Assembly: GCA_965226475.1 (NCBI GenBank)
Contig: CBDDDJ010000004.1
Location: 1,821,963 to 1,885,962, forward strand
DNA: 64,000 nucleotides
DNA from: Alphaproteobacteria bacterium
GTDB taxonomy: Bacteria; Pseudomonadota; Alphaproteobacteria; GCA-2731375
Direction of reading: 5' to 3'
Below, in pieces: positions 47,237-56,864 of the stretch. How positions within the stretch are numbered: position 1 is the first letter of the stretch; the number at the start of each line of letters is the position of its first letter. The position numbers were made by a program, and so were the translations under genes. The notes below the pieces were generated by a model that did not search any database, was not told where the DNA came from, and saw only the letters and a list, made by a program, of their open reading frames with translations.

Positions 47237-48115
47237 ATGAGCGCGGGAGAACGGCTGCCCGGCACGCCGGTGCCAATTCATACTTGGCCGGGCGCCGGCG
47301 GCGTCGAGATCGCGGGCGATGCCTGGGGACCGAGCGACGGCCGTCTGGCCCTGTTGCTGCACGGCGGCGGCCAGACCCGCCATGCCTGGAAGGGCGCGGG
47401 CGAAACGCTGGGCAACGCCGGCTACCGGGCGATCGCCTTCGATGCCCGCGGCCACGGCGACAGCGGCTGGGCCTCCGACGGCGACTATGAGGCCGACCGC
47501 CTGGTCGACGACCTCGCGGCGGTGATCGAGGCGGTCGGCGGCGAGAAGCCGATCCTGGTCGGCGCCTCCATGGGCGGTGGCACCAGCCTGCTGGCGATCG
47601 GCGAGGACCGGGTCGACGCCTCGGCCCTGGTGCTGGTCGACGTCGCGCCGAGAATCGAACCCGAGGGCAGCGCCAAGATCCAGGAGTTCATGAACCAGAA
47701 GCCGGATGGCTTCGATACCCTGGAGGAGGTCGCCGAGGCGATCGCCAACTACCAGCCCCACCGCCACCGGCCCCGTACCTTGGACGGCCTGGCCAAGAAC
47801 GTGCGGCTGGGCGCCAACGGCAAATACGTCTGGCACTGGGATCCGGCCCGCCGGCGCAGCCGCGTCGGCATGGTCGCCTACCGGGAGCGTTTGTCGAAAG
47901 CCGCCGACAAGCTGACCCTGCCGACCCTGCTGGTGCGCGGCGGACTCTCCGACGTGTTGAGCGAGGAAGGCGCGCAAAGCTTTCTCGCGCAATGCCCACA
48001 CGCCGAATATGTCAACGTCTCCAACGCCGCGCATATGGTCGCCGGCGACCGCAACGACATCTTCGCCGACTCGGTCATCGATTTCCTCGCCCGCGCCGCC
48101 CCGCCGACGGGGTAG
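47237..48115 (+). CDS. Alpha/beta hydrolase
   Basis: ...LLLHGGGQTRHAWKGAGETL...AFDARGHGDSGW...ILVGASMGGGTSLL... Confidence 0.7.
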   Translation: MSAGERLPGTPVPIHTWPGAGGVEIAGDAWGPSDGRLALLLHGGGQTRHAWKGAGETLGNAGYRAIAFDARGHGDSGWASDGDYEADRLVDDLAAVIEAVGGEKPILVGASMGGGTSLLAIGEDRVDASALVLVDVAPRIEPEGSAKIQEFMNQKPDGFDTLEEVAEAIANYQPHRHRPRTLDGLAKNVRLGANGKYVWHWDPARRRSRVGMVAYRERLSKAADKLTLPTLLVRGGLSDVLSEEGAQSFLAQCPHAEYVNVSNAAHMVAGDRNDIFADSVIDFLARAAPPTG

Positions 48116-48127
48116 GGACACACGAGG

Positions 48128-48172
48128 CCTCGGGCGATGCGACCCGAGGTCGGACGCATCGGCCTCTTTTGC
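48128..48172 (+). terminator. Candidate rho-independent terminator in the convergent gap
   Basis: There are overlapping GC-rich hairpins. One has stems cctcggg/cccgagg. The other has stems cgatgcg/cgcatcg. They are followed by gccTCTTTTgcc. Confidence 0.4.
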
Positions 48173-48263
48173 CATTTGCTCCTCGAGGCAGGGAACGGGA
48201 GGGCGGAGACCGATGCCCGCGCCGTCGGATGATCCCGCCGGCGAAAACCGAATAGGACCGCCG

Positions 48264-48737
48264 TCAGCCGCCGTGCTGGCGCTGGATGCTTTCGATCACC
48301 CGGCGACGGCGTTCCGCCTCGGCGAGGATGCGGCGGGCCTCGGCGGCGACGCGCCGGTCCTGGGCCGAAGGCTCCTTGGGCGCCAGCGCGGCGATCAGCG
48401 CGATGCGGGCGGGCGTGCCCGGCTTCAGTTTCACGCAGCCGCCAACCCGATAGACCAATCCATAGAGTTCGATCGTGTCGTAGCTCGGCTTCGAGCCCCA
48501 GCCCTTGGTGGCGTAGAAATGGGTCAGTTCATGCTCCGTCACCTCGCGGTGAATACGGCGCATAACGTAAATCACCTGGGCGAGTTGCTTCTGGTTCGAA
48601 ACGCTGTAAAGCGCCTCGTTCAGCGACTCGCGGAAGGCCGCCGTGAATTCGGGATGGGTCTCGCAACCGGCGGCCCGGGCGCCGCCCGAAGCCAGGGCCA
48701 ACCAGATCAGCGGGAGGACGGGCAGGATCGAGCGCAT
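48264..48737 (-). CDS. Hypothetical secreted protein
   Basis: 157 aa with a signal peptide MRSILPVLPLIWLALASGGARA. No family was recognised. Confidence 0.5.
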   Translation of the reverse strand: MRSILPVLPLIWLALASGGARAAGCETHPEFTAAFRESLNEALYSVSNQKQLAQVIYVMRRIHREVTEHELTHFYATKGWGSKPSYDTIELYGLVYRVGGCVKLKPGTPARIALIAALAPKEPSAQDRRVAAEARRILAEAERRRRVIESIQRQHGG

Positions 48738-48800
48738 CGGTTCACCACTCTCGGCGACGAGGTGCGGGCGAGAATAACGGAATTCGTTGCCTCGTCGAAT

Positions 48801-49554
48801 TCAGGCCGATTTCACGCCCGCGTTTCCCTCGCCGCGCGGGCGGGCCACCTGCTCGATGCTGGTGAGGTAGTTGCCGAGCTTGGCCGGGTTGTCCGGTGTC
48901 AGGTTCTGGGTCTTGACCAGCTTACGGCGGATCGCGCCATCGATCACGTCGACGTCGAGGATATTGAGGCAGCCGGCATCCTGCTCGAAGGCGCCGAGCG
49001 CGGAGAGTCCACCGCCCGTCGCCCAGCCGAGGATCATCCGGTTGACCGCGTCGTGCGCGACCAGCAGCAGGCGGTGCCAGCCGGGCGCCAGCAGGACCGC
49101 CTCTATGCCCCCAACGACGCGGGCCTCGAAGTCGGCGAAGCGCTCGCCGCCAGCGAAACGCGCCTCGGGCAGCGCCGCGCGCTCGAGGCCGTAGACGAAC
49201 TCCGCCTCGACCGTAGACGAACTCCGCCTCGACCCGGTGGCGGGGCATGGCGGCGACCGTGCCGAGATGGATTTCCTCCAGATCGACCAGCACCTCCGCC
49301 CGGGCATGATCACCCGGCGCCACCAGGGAGAGCGTCTCGGCCGTCCGGGGCATCCCGGTATGGGCCCAGCGGTCGAAGGCGATGGCGGCCAGCAGCGCGC
49401 CCATCGCCCGGGCCTGGTCCCGTCCCGTACCGGTCAGGCCGACGGCGCGGGGGTCCGGCGCGAGCCGCCCATCCGCGTCGAAATAGGCCGCCTGGCCGTG
49501 GCGCATGAGATAGAGCCTGCGCCGGCCGTCGGTGCCGGGTAGCGCGTCGCTCAT
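48801..49554 (-). pseudogene. Histidine phosphatase (phosphoglycerate-mutase-like) gene interrupted by a 22-bp tandem duplication
   Basis: The N-terminus has the RHG motif (LYLMRHGQAAYF). The duplicated peptide RHRVEAEFVYG appears in both flanking ORFs. Removing one 22-mer restores a single frame reading ...RHRVEAEFVYGLERAALPEAR... Confidence 0.6.
49189..49232. repeat. Perfect tandem duplication of the 22-mer ccgtagacgaactccgcctcga
   Basis: The two copies are identical and sit in tandem. Confidence 0.85.
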
Positions 49555-49573
49555 CGTCGGCGCGGCGTCCGCG

Positions 49574-51004
49574 TCACGACGCGGCGCGGGACGCGGTGTC
49601 GACCATCTTCAGGAGGGCCGCGGGCGGCTTCACGATCTCCGCTTCCGCTTCCGTTTCCTGTTCCGCCGTGGCCGCTTCGGCCGGCGGGGGCGGGGGTGGC
49701 GCCAGCAATTTCGGCGCGCCCGGCGGGCGGCCCCACTCGATCCGGTCGAAGGCGCCGCAGTGCGGGCAGCTCGCCCGCCAACCCTCGCCCCGCCAGCCGC
49801 AGGCGGCACAGCGCCAGGCGTGCGCGTCGCTGGCCATCGCCGCCCGCTCCAGCCATTGGCGCGCGGCCGTCTCGCCGCCGCCGTCGGCGAGCGCCAGCGC
49901 CGCCCTCAGCCGGTAGACCCGTCCGTCCGGCCCGTCGGCGAGCGCGGCCTCGAGCGCTTGGCGGGCCTCGTCCCAGGCCTCGGCGGCGAGCGCATGCTCG
50001 GCCAGCAGCAGCCGGCTTTCGAGATGATCGGGCCGTCCGGCGATCGTCTGGCGCGCCTCCTTCAGGCGGCTCTGGGTATCGAGACCGGCCCAAAGCTGGC
50101 CCGCCGCCTCGGCGAGGCGGGGGTTGGGTGTCGCGGGCCATGCATCGCCGAGCACGCGCCGGCCGCGTTTCAGGTCGCCGGCGGCAGCGTGGAGGCGCAC
50201 CAGCAGGGCCGAGGCTTCGACCAGGTCCGGCACGAGCTGGCGGGCTTGGCGAGCATCGTCCATCGCGAGACGGGTCTCCCCTGCCTCCAGGCGCTGGCGG
50301 GCGCGGCCGATCAGCGCCACGCCGCGGCGCCGCTCGAGCGTCGGCCGGTCGATCGCCTTGTGCCGCTTGGCCTGTTCCAGGGTCGCCAGCGCGCCGGCCC
50401 AGTCGTCTTCCGCCGATTGCAGCTGGAAGAGTTCCAGTACCGCCCAGGCGGCATCCGGGCGCAAGGCGACGGCCTGGGCCGCCAGCGCGCGGGCGCCTTC
50501 CACATCGCCGTCTCGCTGGGCCAGAACCAGCAGGCCGCGGGCGCCTAGGAAGGAGCTTTCCGGCGCCTGACGCAGTTGCTCGAATTGCCGGCGGGCCTCG
50601 TCCTCGTTGCCGTCGAGCTGGGCCGCCTGCGCCGCCAGCAGATGGGTGAGCGGCTCGCCCTCCAGCAGCTGGCGGGCGCGGCGCGCCAGCTTCTCGCCCT
50701 GGCGCGTGTCGCCGGCCGCGACCGCCACCAGACCCTGGGACAACACCTGATAGCCCCTGGCGCGCCGCCGCCGGGTCCGGTTCTCCCGCCAGGCGCCGGG
50801 CCTGAGGCCGATCCATTGCGTGATGCGAAAGAGGAAGACCGCCAGGGCGACCAGCGACAGCAATGCCGCGAAGGCCACGCCCTCGTAAGTCTCGATGCGC
50901 CAGCCGCCGAGGTCCAGGGTCACCCGTCCCGGATAGTCGGCGAAATAGGCGGCGATCCAGGCGACCGCGCCGAGGCAGAGGAAGAGGACGATGGCCCTGA
51001 ACAT
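49574..51004 (-). CDS. hemY: HemY-like protein (heme-biosynthesis-associated TPR membrane protein) with a C-terminal Cys4 zinc-ribbon
   Basis: It has a HemY_N-type start MFRAIVLFLCLGAVAWIAAYFADYPGRVTLDLGGWRIETY, then TPR-like repeats, then CAACGWRGEGWRASCPHCG. Confidence 0.75.
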   Translation of the reverse strand: MFRAIVLFLCLGAVAWIAAYFADYPGRVTLDLGGWRIETYEGVAFAALLSLVALAVFLFRITQWIGLRPGAWRENRTRRRRARGYQVLSQGLVAVAAGDTRQGEKLARRARQLLEGEPLTHLLAAQAAQLDGNEDEARRQFEQLRQAPESSFLGARGLLVLAQRDGDVEGARALAAQAVALRPDAAWAVLELFQLQSAEDDWAGALATLEQAKRHKAIDRPTLERRRGVALIGRARQRLEAGETRLAMDDARQARQLVPDLVEASALLVRLHAAAGDLKRGRRVLGDAWPATPNPRLAEAAGQLWAGLDTQSRLKEARQTIAGRPDHLESRLLLAEHALAAEAWDEARQALEAALADGPDGRVYRLRAALALADGGGETAARQWLERAAMASDAHAWRCAACGWRGEGWRASCPHCGAFDRIEWGRPPGAPKLLAPPPPPPAEAATAEQETEAEAEIVKPPAALLKMVDTASRAAS

Positions 51005-51011
51005 CACCGCC

Positions 51012-53024
51012 TCACCCGGCGCCGAGCAGCTGGATCGCCCGCGCCCGCAGGCCGTCGAGCGCGGTGGTGGCGGCAACCCAAGCCTCCGCCTCGCCGCGCC
51101 AGGCGGTGAGCGTGTCCGCCGCGCCGCCCTTCACGGGCTTCACGGCCTCGAGCGCGCCGGCGACATCGCCCCGCTCCAGCCGTGCCTCGGCCCGGGCGAG
51201 GGCGGCCTCGGTGCCCTCGCCCTCGATGTCGCCGTGGCGGCGGACGGTGACGAGACCGAAGATCTGGTGCCACATGTAGTCCCACCACTTCTCGCCGCTC
51301 GGCCGGCCGTCGGCGGCGAGGCTCGGCGCGATTAGCGGCTGGAAGCGGACGCGTAGCGCGGCCGGGGTGGCCAGGCCCCGCGCCGCCGCCACCTTCAGGG
51401 TGGCGAGCGCGGCCTCGATCCGACCGTCGCCCTCGGCCAGCGGGCCGACGGTGGCGAGGGCCTCGGCGTAAGCGCGACCGGAGCGGACGGCATTGTCGAG
51501 ATGGCCGACGGCGAGCACCAAAGCCTGGCGGCGCGTGTCGTCGCCGGGCGTGCCGCTGGCCGCGGCCAGGGCTTCGAGTTTCCGGTCCAGCGCGATTATC
51601 CGCCCGGCGAGCCCACCCGCCTCGCCCGCCACTTCGTCGAGCCGCCCGCCGAGAGCCTTCGCCTCGCCCGCGACCGCGTCGATCCGGCCGGTGAGGGCGC
51701 GCGCCGCCTCCGCCGCCTCGTCGAGGGCCGTCAGCCGCCGGGCGACATCATCGCCATCGCCCGCGGGGGACGCCGGCCTAGCCTCGACCTCGCCGATGCG
51801 CTTTGCCAACATGTCCAGCTTGGCCGCAAGCGCCGGATCCGCCGCGGTTCCGGCCGACTTCAGCCGCTTTTCCAGAGCATCGATGCGCTTGACCAGCAAA
51901 CGCGCCGGCGCCGGATCGCTCGGCGTCGGCGTGGCGACCCGGACGCCGAGGCTTTCGAGCCGCGCCTCCAGCGCCGCCAGGCGCAGCACCTTCGGGTCCT
52001 GCAGGAAATCTGGCAGATAGGGCAGCAGGTAAGGCGAGGTCGCCGGCCAGACCAGCATGCCGACCACGAAGGCGACGACCAGGGAGGCGACCCAGGCGAT
52101 CCGCCATGCCCGGTGGCGCGGGCGGGTGGGCGGGATCGGGCCCGGCCCGCTGGCCACCGGATCATCGATCCCGTTGAGCCCAGGCGAGGCGTCGGTGGCG
52201 GTGAAGGGCGTGTCGGACAGACCCGCCGTCGCCGCCGCGTCGTCGGGCGCCGGATCGGCGGTTTCGTTCTCCGCGTCGTCCCCCGTCCCGGTTTTCGGCG
52301 GTTTTGCCACGACCATTTCCTCCAAGCTCGCGAGCAGCGCCGCTTCGCTCGGCGCCGACGCCACCACCACGTCCCGCCAGGGGAGCGCCGCCGCCTCCCG
52401 CGCCACGGCGGGCGAGAGACAACAGGCGATCACCTCTCGGCAGGCGGCGTCCACATCCGCCTCCGAGGCGAGCCTAGCAAAGGCGGTGGCCGCGCGCGGG
52501 GAAAAGAACAGCGCCGCGTCGATTTGGCCCCCGGCCAGCGCCCGGACCGCTTCGTCGGACAGCGTCTCGGCCGGCAGCGCCTGGTAGAGTACCTCGCGGC
52601 GGACCTCGAAGCCGGTGGCGCCGAGCCGAGCGGCGAGGTCGCCCGCGACCTCGGCGGCGGCGACATGCAGCAGCGCGCCGTCGGCCGGCGTCAGGCGCGC
52701 CTCGACGAGGGCGGCAAGCGCCTCGACGTCGCCACCGGCGCTCTCCACCCGGTCGAAACCGATCTCCCGCGCCGTCCGCGCGGTGGCGTCGCCCACCGCG
52801 AAGAGCGGCAGGTCCGGCGGGCCGTCGGGCATGCGTCGTGATAGTGCCCGGGGGCCGTTGGCGCTGGTCGCCAGGATCGCCTGGACGCCGTCGAACGCGG
52901 GCGGGCGGCACTCGAGGAAGCGGATCTCCAACAGGGGCGCCTGGATGACGTCGTGACCCCGGCCCCGCAGGTCGTCGACCAGTCGGCGGGCGTCTCCCTC
53001 GGACCGGGTCACCAGCACGCGCAT
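51012..53024 (-). CDS. hemD: Uroporphyrinogen-III synthase (HemD) fused in frame to a HemX-like membrane coiled-coil protein
   Basis: It is a single 670-aa ORF. Residues 1 to about 235 are HemD-like (MRVLVTRSEGDARRLVDDLRGRGHDVIQAPLLEIRF...). A low-complexity linker follows, then a TM helix (WRIAWVASLVVAFVVGMLVW), then a long Ala/Leu/Glu-rich coiled-coil. Confidence 0.65.
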   Translation of the reverse strand: MRVLVTRSEGDARRLVDDLRGRGHDVIQAPLLEIRFLECRPPAFDGVQAILATSANGPRALSRRMPDGPPDLPLFAVGDATARTAREIGFDRVESAGGDVEALAALVEARLTPADGALLHVAAAEVAGDLAARLGATGFEVRREVLYQALPAETLSDEAVRALAGGQIDAALFFSPRAATAFARLASEADVDAACREVIACCLSPAVAREAAALPWRDVVVASAPSEAALLASLEEMVVAKPPKTGTGDDAENETADPAPDDAAATAGLSDTPFTATDASPGLNGIDDPVASGPGPIPPTRPRHRAWRIAWVASLVVAFVVGMLVWPATSPYLLPYLPDFLQDPKVLRLAALEARLESLGVRVATPTPSDPAPARLLVKRIDALEKRLKSAGTAADPALAAKLDMLAKRIGEVEARPASPAGDGDDVARRLTALDEAAEAARALTGRIDAVAGEAKALGGRLDEVAGEAGGLAGRIIALDRKLEALAAASGTPGDDTRRQALVLAVGHLDNAVRSGRAYAEALATVGPLAEGDGRIEAALATLKVAAARGLATPAALRVRFQPLIAPSLAADGRPSGEKWWDYMWHQIFGLVTVRRHGDIEGEGTEAALARAEARLERGDVAGALEAVKPVKGGAADTLTAWRGEAEAWVAATTALDGLRARAIQLLGAG

Positions 53025-53032
53025 GGGCGGCC

Positions 53033-53968
53033 TCAGGCCTCGTCGGAGAAGAAATCAGGGCCGGCGCGTTCCAGCAGCTCCACGCCCGCCTCCCGGCCGA
53101 GCGCGGGCCCCCGGGCCGCCGGCCCCCGGCCGGAGGTGGCATGCCGGATGCGGCCGTCGGGGGTCAGGATTTCGCCCCGGAAGTAGACCTGGCCGCCGGC
53201 CTCGAGGATCGCGAGACCGGCGATGGGGGTGCGGCAGGAGCCGTCGAGGGCGGCGAGGAAGGCGCGCTCGGTGGCGATGCGGAGCGCCGAGTCCGCGTCG
53301 TCGAGCGGCACCAGCAGCGCCGCCGTCGCCGTGTCGCCATCCCGTATCTCGATGCCGATGGCGCCTTGCGCCACGGCCGGCAGGATCTCCTCTGGCGCCA
53401 CCGGCGCGCCGGTCTCCGCCGGCAGACCCAGGCGACGCAATCCCGCCTCCGCCAGCAGCATCGCGGACACCTCGCCGGATGCCAGTCGCGCTATTCGGGT
53501 CTGCACATTGCCGCGATTCTCGACGATCCGAAGGTCCGGGCGCAGACGAAGCGCCTGGGCCCGGCGGCGGAGCGATGACGTCGCCATCACCGCGCCCTCG
53601 GGCAGGGAGGCGAGGGTGGCGTGGCCCGATGCCAGCAGGGCGTCGCGCGCGTCCTCGCGGGGCAGGATGCAGTCGATCACCAAGCCGTCGGGCAACACTG
53701 TCGGCACGTCCTTCATCGAATGCACCGCGAGGTCGACTTCGCCGCCCGCGAGCGCCGCCTCGATCTCCTTGGTGAAGAGGCCCTTACCGCCGAAGGCGCG
53801 CAGCGGCTTGACGCGGATCCGGTCGCCGGCGGTGCTGATCACGACGATCTCGACCGCTTGCGGGCCGAGGCCGTGGGCGGCGGCGAGACGGTCACGCACC
53901 TCTTCCGCCTGGGCCAGCGCCAGCGGGCTTCCCCGGGTGCCGATGCGAAGGGTCGGTTGCGGGCTCAT
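53033..53968 (-). CDS. hemC: Hydroxymethylbilane synthase (porphobilinogen deaminase)
   Basis: [33 protein letters not shown]...[12 protein letters not shown]...TSSLRRRAQ... Confidence 0.85.
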   Translation of the reverse strand: MSPQPTLRIGTRGSPLALAQAEEVRDRLAAAHGLGPQAVEIVVISTAGDRIRVKPLRAFGGKGLFTKEIEAALAGGEVDLAVHSMKDVPTVLPDGLVIDCILPREDARDALLASGHATLASLPEGAVMATSSLRRRAQALRLRPDLRIVENRGNVQTRIARLASGEVSAMLLAEAGLRRLGLPAETGAPVAPEEILPAVAQGAIGIEIRDGDTATAALLVPLDDADSALRIATERAFLAALDGSCRTPIAGLAILEAGGQVYFRGEILTPDGRIRHATSGRGPAARGPALGREAGVELLERAGPDFFSDEA

Positions 53969-54047
53969 GCCCCCGGTGCTAAGCGCTAACGACGCGCGGT
54001 GCAAGGGGGAAACGGCCCCCGCCCGGGCCGCGTCAGGGAGAGCGGAC

Positions 54048-55106
54048 GTGAACTCGGATCCCCGCCGCGTCCTCGGCATCGAGACGAGCTGCGACGAAAC
54101 GGCGGCGGCACTGGTCGACGGGACCGGCCGGGTGCTGGCCGAACGGGTCGCCAGCCAGACGGCGGAGCACGCGCCCTATGGCGGCGTGGTGCCGGAGATC
54201 GCCGCCCGCGCCCATGTCTCCCGCCTCGACCACATGATCGCCAGGGTGATGGCCGAGGCGGATCTGCCCTTGGCCGAGATCGATGCCGTCGCCGCCACCG
54301 CCGGCCCGGGCCTGATCGGCGGCCTGCTGGTCGGCCTCTCGACCGCGAAGGCGATCGCCTCCGCGCTGGAGAAGCCGCTCGTCGCCGTCAATCACCTGGA
54401 GGGCCATGCCCTCAGCGCCCGCCTGGTCGCGGAGGCACCCTTCCCCTATCTGCTGCTACTGATCTCGGGCGGGCATTGCCAGCTGCAGCTGGTCCTGGGC
54501 GTCGGCCGCTACCGGCGCCTCGGCACCACGATCGACGACGCCGTGGGCGAGTCCTTCGACAAGACGGCGATCCTGCTGGGCCTCGGCTATCCGGGAGGCC
54601 CGGCGATCGAGCGCGCGGCCCGGACGGGCCGGGCCGACGCCCATGAGCTGCCCCGGCCGATGCGGGGCCGCGAGGACGCGAACTTCTCCTTCTCCGGCCT
54701 GAAGACGGCGGTCCGCCACCTGACCGAGCGCGAACCCGAGGCCCGGAGGGAAGACGTGGCGGCGAGCTTCCAGGCCGCCGTGGTCGACGTGCTGCTCGAC
54801 CGCGCCCGGCGGGCCATCGTCATGGCGCGCGCGGCCGAACCCGATATCGGGCACTTCGTCGTCGCCGGCGGGGTCGCCGCCAACCGGGCGATCGGCGCGG
54901 CGCTGGCGAAGCTCGCGGCCGCCGAGGGCCTAGCCCTGGTGGTGCCGCCGCCGCGCCTGTGCACCGACAACGGCGCCATGATCGCCTGGGCCGGGATCGA
55001 GCGGCTGCGCCTCGGCCTGGTCGACGGCCTGGACGCACCCGCCCGTGCCCGTTGGCCCCTGGACCCCGACGCCAAACCGGCGCCCTTCGCCGGCGTCAAG
55101 GCCTAG
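54048..55106 (+). CDS. tsaD: tRNA N6-adenosine threonylcarbamoyltransferase (Kae1/Gcp family)
   Basis: It has a GTG start, [18 protein letters not shown]..., then ...[10 protein letters not shown]..., then ...[14 protein letters not shown]. It is divergent from hemC, as in many alphaproteobacteria. Confidence 0.85.
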   Translation: MNSDPRRVLGIETSCDETAAALVDGTGRVLAERVASQTAEHAPYGGVVPEIAARAHVSRLDHMIARVMAEADLPLAEIDAVAATAGPGLIGGLLVGLSTAKAIASALEKPLVAVNHLEGHALSARLVAEAPFPYLLLLISGGHCQLQLVLGVGRYRRLGTTIDDAVGESFDKTAILLGLGYPGGPAIERAARTGRADAHELPRPMRGREDANFSFSGLKTAVRHLTEREPEARREDVAASFQAAVVDVLLDRARRAIVMARAAEPDIGHFVVAGGVAANRAIGAALAKLAAAEGLALVVPPPRLCTDNGAMIAWAGIERLRLGLVDGLDAPARARWPLDPDAKPAPFAGVKA

Positions 55107-55172
55107 TGTGGTGGATTTGAAATTCCTCCAATTATTGGGGCAGGCTCCGTGAGGAACTTCAAGTCCACCACA
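55107..55172 (+). repeat. Long imperfect hairpin or MITE-like inverted-repeat element immediately after the tsaD stop
   Basis: Arms of 15 bp (tgtggtggatttgaa and ttcaagtccaccaca, 14 of 15 complementary) flank a 36-nt AT-rich spacer. An AT-rich stretch follows. Confidence 0.4.
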
Positions 55173-55355
55173 ATTACATAGCGTGAAAAAGAGATTCATA
55201 AAAAACTTCATTCACCATGCTCACGAAGTCGCGATAAGCTGGTGGCCACCGGTGCCACTTTTCGGCGGCCAGGCCGCGCGCCATTTCCACGATCTCGCGC
55301 CGCTGGTTGTTCGGAGTTGAAATGTAGGGGGAGAAAAACCAGTCACTGCGACACA

Positions 55356-55977
55356 ATGGAGGTTTCGAGGCCCGCATTTTGCCAATTGCAACTGTGATTA
55401 CGGCTGCCCTTGTCAGTTCAATGCACTACAGAGCGATGGAACCTGTCGGGCCGTCGTCGCGTGGCGCATCCACGAGGGACACTATGGCGATGTCCGGTTG
55501 GACGGCCTGCTGGTGGCCAACACCTACGGGTGGCCAGGGGCCGTGCATGAAGGCAAGGGCGAGATGCAGGCGATCATAGACGAACGCGCCAACGACGCGC
55601 AGCGCGCCGCGCTCGGCGAAATAATGCAGGGCGGCGGCGCGGAGCCCGGCATGATCATGCTGCAGATCTATCGCTCCATGTGCGACACCGTGCACGAGCC
55701 GATCGTCGCGCCCATCGAGTTCGAGGTCGATATGGATGCGCGAACCGGGCGGCTGAAGGGGTCTGGCGTCGTCGATACGACGGTGGAACCGATCAAGAAT
55801 CCAGTTACCGGCGCGGACCATCGCGCGCGCATCGACCTACCCATGGGCAAGGAATTCCACCTCGCCGAGACGGCGAGTGGGAGAACGAAGGGGACGGGCG
55901 CCGTGGCACTCGATTTCGAGAATAGTCACGCCCATATCGTCGTCAACGAGATGAGTTCCGAGGGGCAGCGCGCCTGA
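55356..55977 (+). CDS. DUF1326-domain protein (Cys-rich N-terminus FANCNCDYGCPCQF). The start region is uncertain and may be frameshifted
   Basis: Homology (…FANCNCDYGCPCQFNALQSDGTCRAVVAWRIHEGHYGDVRLDGLLVAN...) is open in frame from 55321, but that stretch has no in-frame start codon. The ATG at 55356 is out of frame by one nucleotide. A T4 run at 55377-55380 could restore MEVSRPAFANCNCD... if read as T3. Confidence 0.55.
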
Positions 55978-55988
55978 TCCACGACATC

Positions 55989-56837
55989 GTGCCGTTACCC
56001 CAGGGCGACAAAGCCAAGTCGATGGCCGGTATGATCGCCGCCAAGCGTACGCTGGAATTGGTATTGCGGCATGATCGTGCCGTCACGTTTGTCGGTCTTG
56101 CCCTGATGATCGTCTTGTCATGGGCCTATCTCCTCGGTGGCGCGGGCATGGATATGGCCGCGTCGCCTTCGGCGGCGGACGCCTCGGATGAGGTGATGTC
56201 GGCCATGGCGACGCTCCGGCCTGCCTGGGGCCTCGGGTATGCCGTCCTCATGTTGGCGATGTGGTGGGTGATGATGCTGGCCATGATGTTGCCCAGCGCC
56301 GCGCCGATGATCCTGCTGTTCACCGCGATCAATCGAAAGAACGGTGATGGTTCGACGGCATCCGTGGCCGCGTTCGTCTTTGCCTATGTCTTTGTCTGGG
56401 GCGGCTTCAGCGTCATTGCCACGGCATCGCAGTGGGGTCTGGAGGAAGTGGCTCTCCTTTCCCCGATGATGATGTCAACCAGCGCGTTCCTCGGCGGCGC
56501 CCTACTCGTCGCCGCCGGAATCTGGCAACTCACGCCGATGAAGCACGCCTGTCTGCGTCATTGTCGTTCGCCCATTCATATTCTTGCGCATGGTTGGCAT
56601 CCGGGCGCGCGAGGCGCTTTCCGCATGGGCCTCGAGCATGGTGCCTTTTGCCTCGGATGCTGCTGGCTGCTCATGGTGCTCCTTTTCTATGGTGGCGTCA
56701 TGAACTTGTGGTGGATCGTCGGTCTCGCCGTTTATGTGTCGATCGAGAAAATCGTTCCCGCCGGTCACTGGATCGGTCGCGGGGCCGGCGGGCTGCTAAT
56801 TCTTTGGGGCGTGTCGGTAATAGCGATCGCCTCGTAG
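55989..56837 (+). CDS. DUF2182-family polytopic membrane protein (predicted metal-binding). This family is commonly paired with DUF1326
   Basis: 282 aa and highly hydrophobic, ...MLAMWWVMMLAMMLPSAAPMILLF... Confidence 0.7.
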   Translation: MPLPQGDKAKSMAGMIAAKRTLELVLRHDRAVTFVGLALMIVLSWAYLLGGAGMDMAASPSAADASDEVMSAMATLRPAWGLGYAVLMLAMWWVMMLAMMLPSAAPMILLFTAINRKNGDGSTASVAAFVFAYVFVWGGFSVIATASQWGLEEVALLSPMMMSTSAFLGGALLVAAGIWQLTPMKHACLRHCRSPIHILAHGWHPGARGAFRMGLEHGAFCLGCCWLLMVLLFYGGVMNLWWIVGLAVYVSIEKIVPAGHWIGRGAGGLLILWGVSVIAIAS

Positions 56838-56864
56838 ATTTATGGGCCGCCCCGTGGCGCGTGC

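Noticed and set aside
55174-55377. 67-aa ORF (MRASKPPLCRSDWFF...) on the minus strand in the AT-rich island
   Set aside because: It has no recognisable family. Its start overlaps the probable DUF1326 start region. It lies in DNA that looks regulatory. It is kept only as a note inside a finding.
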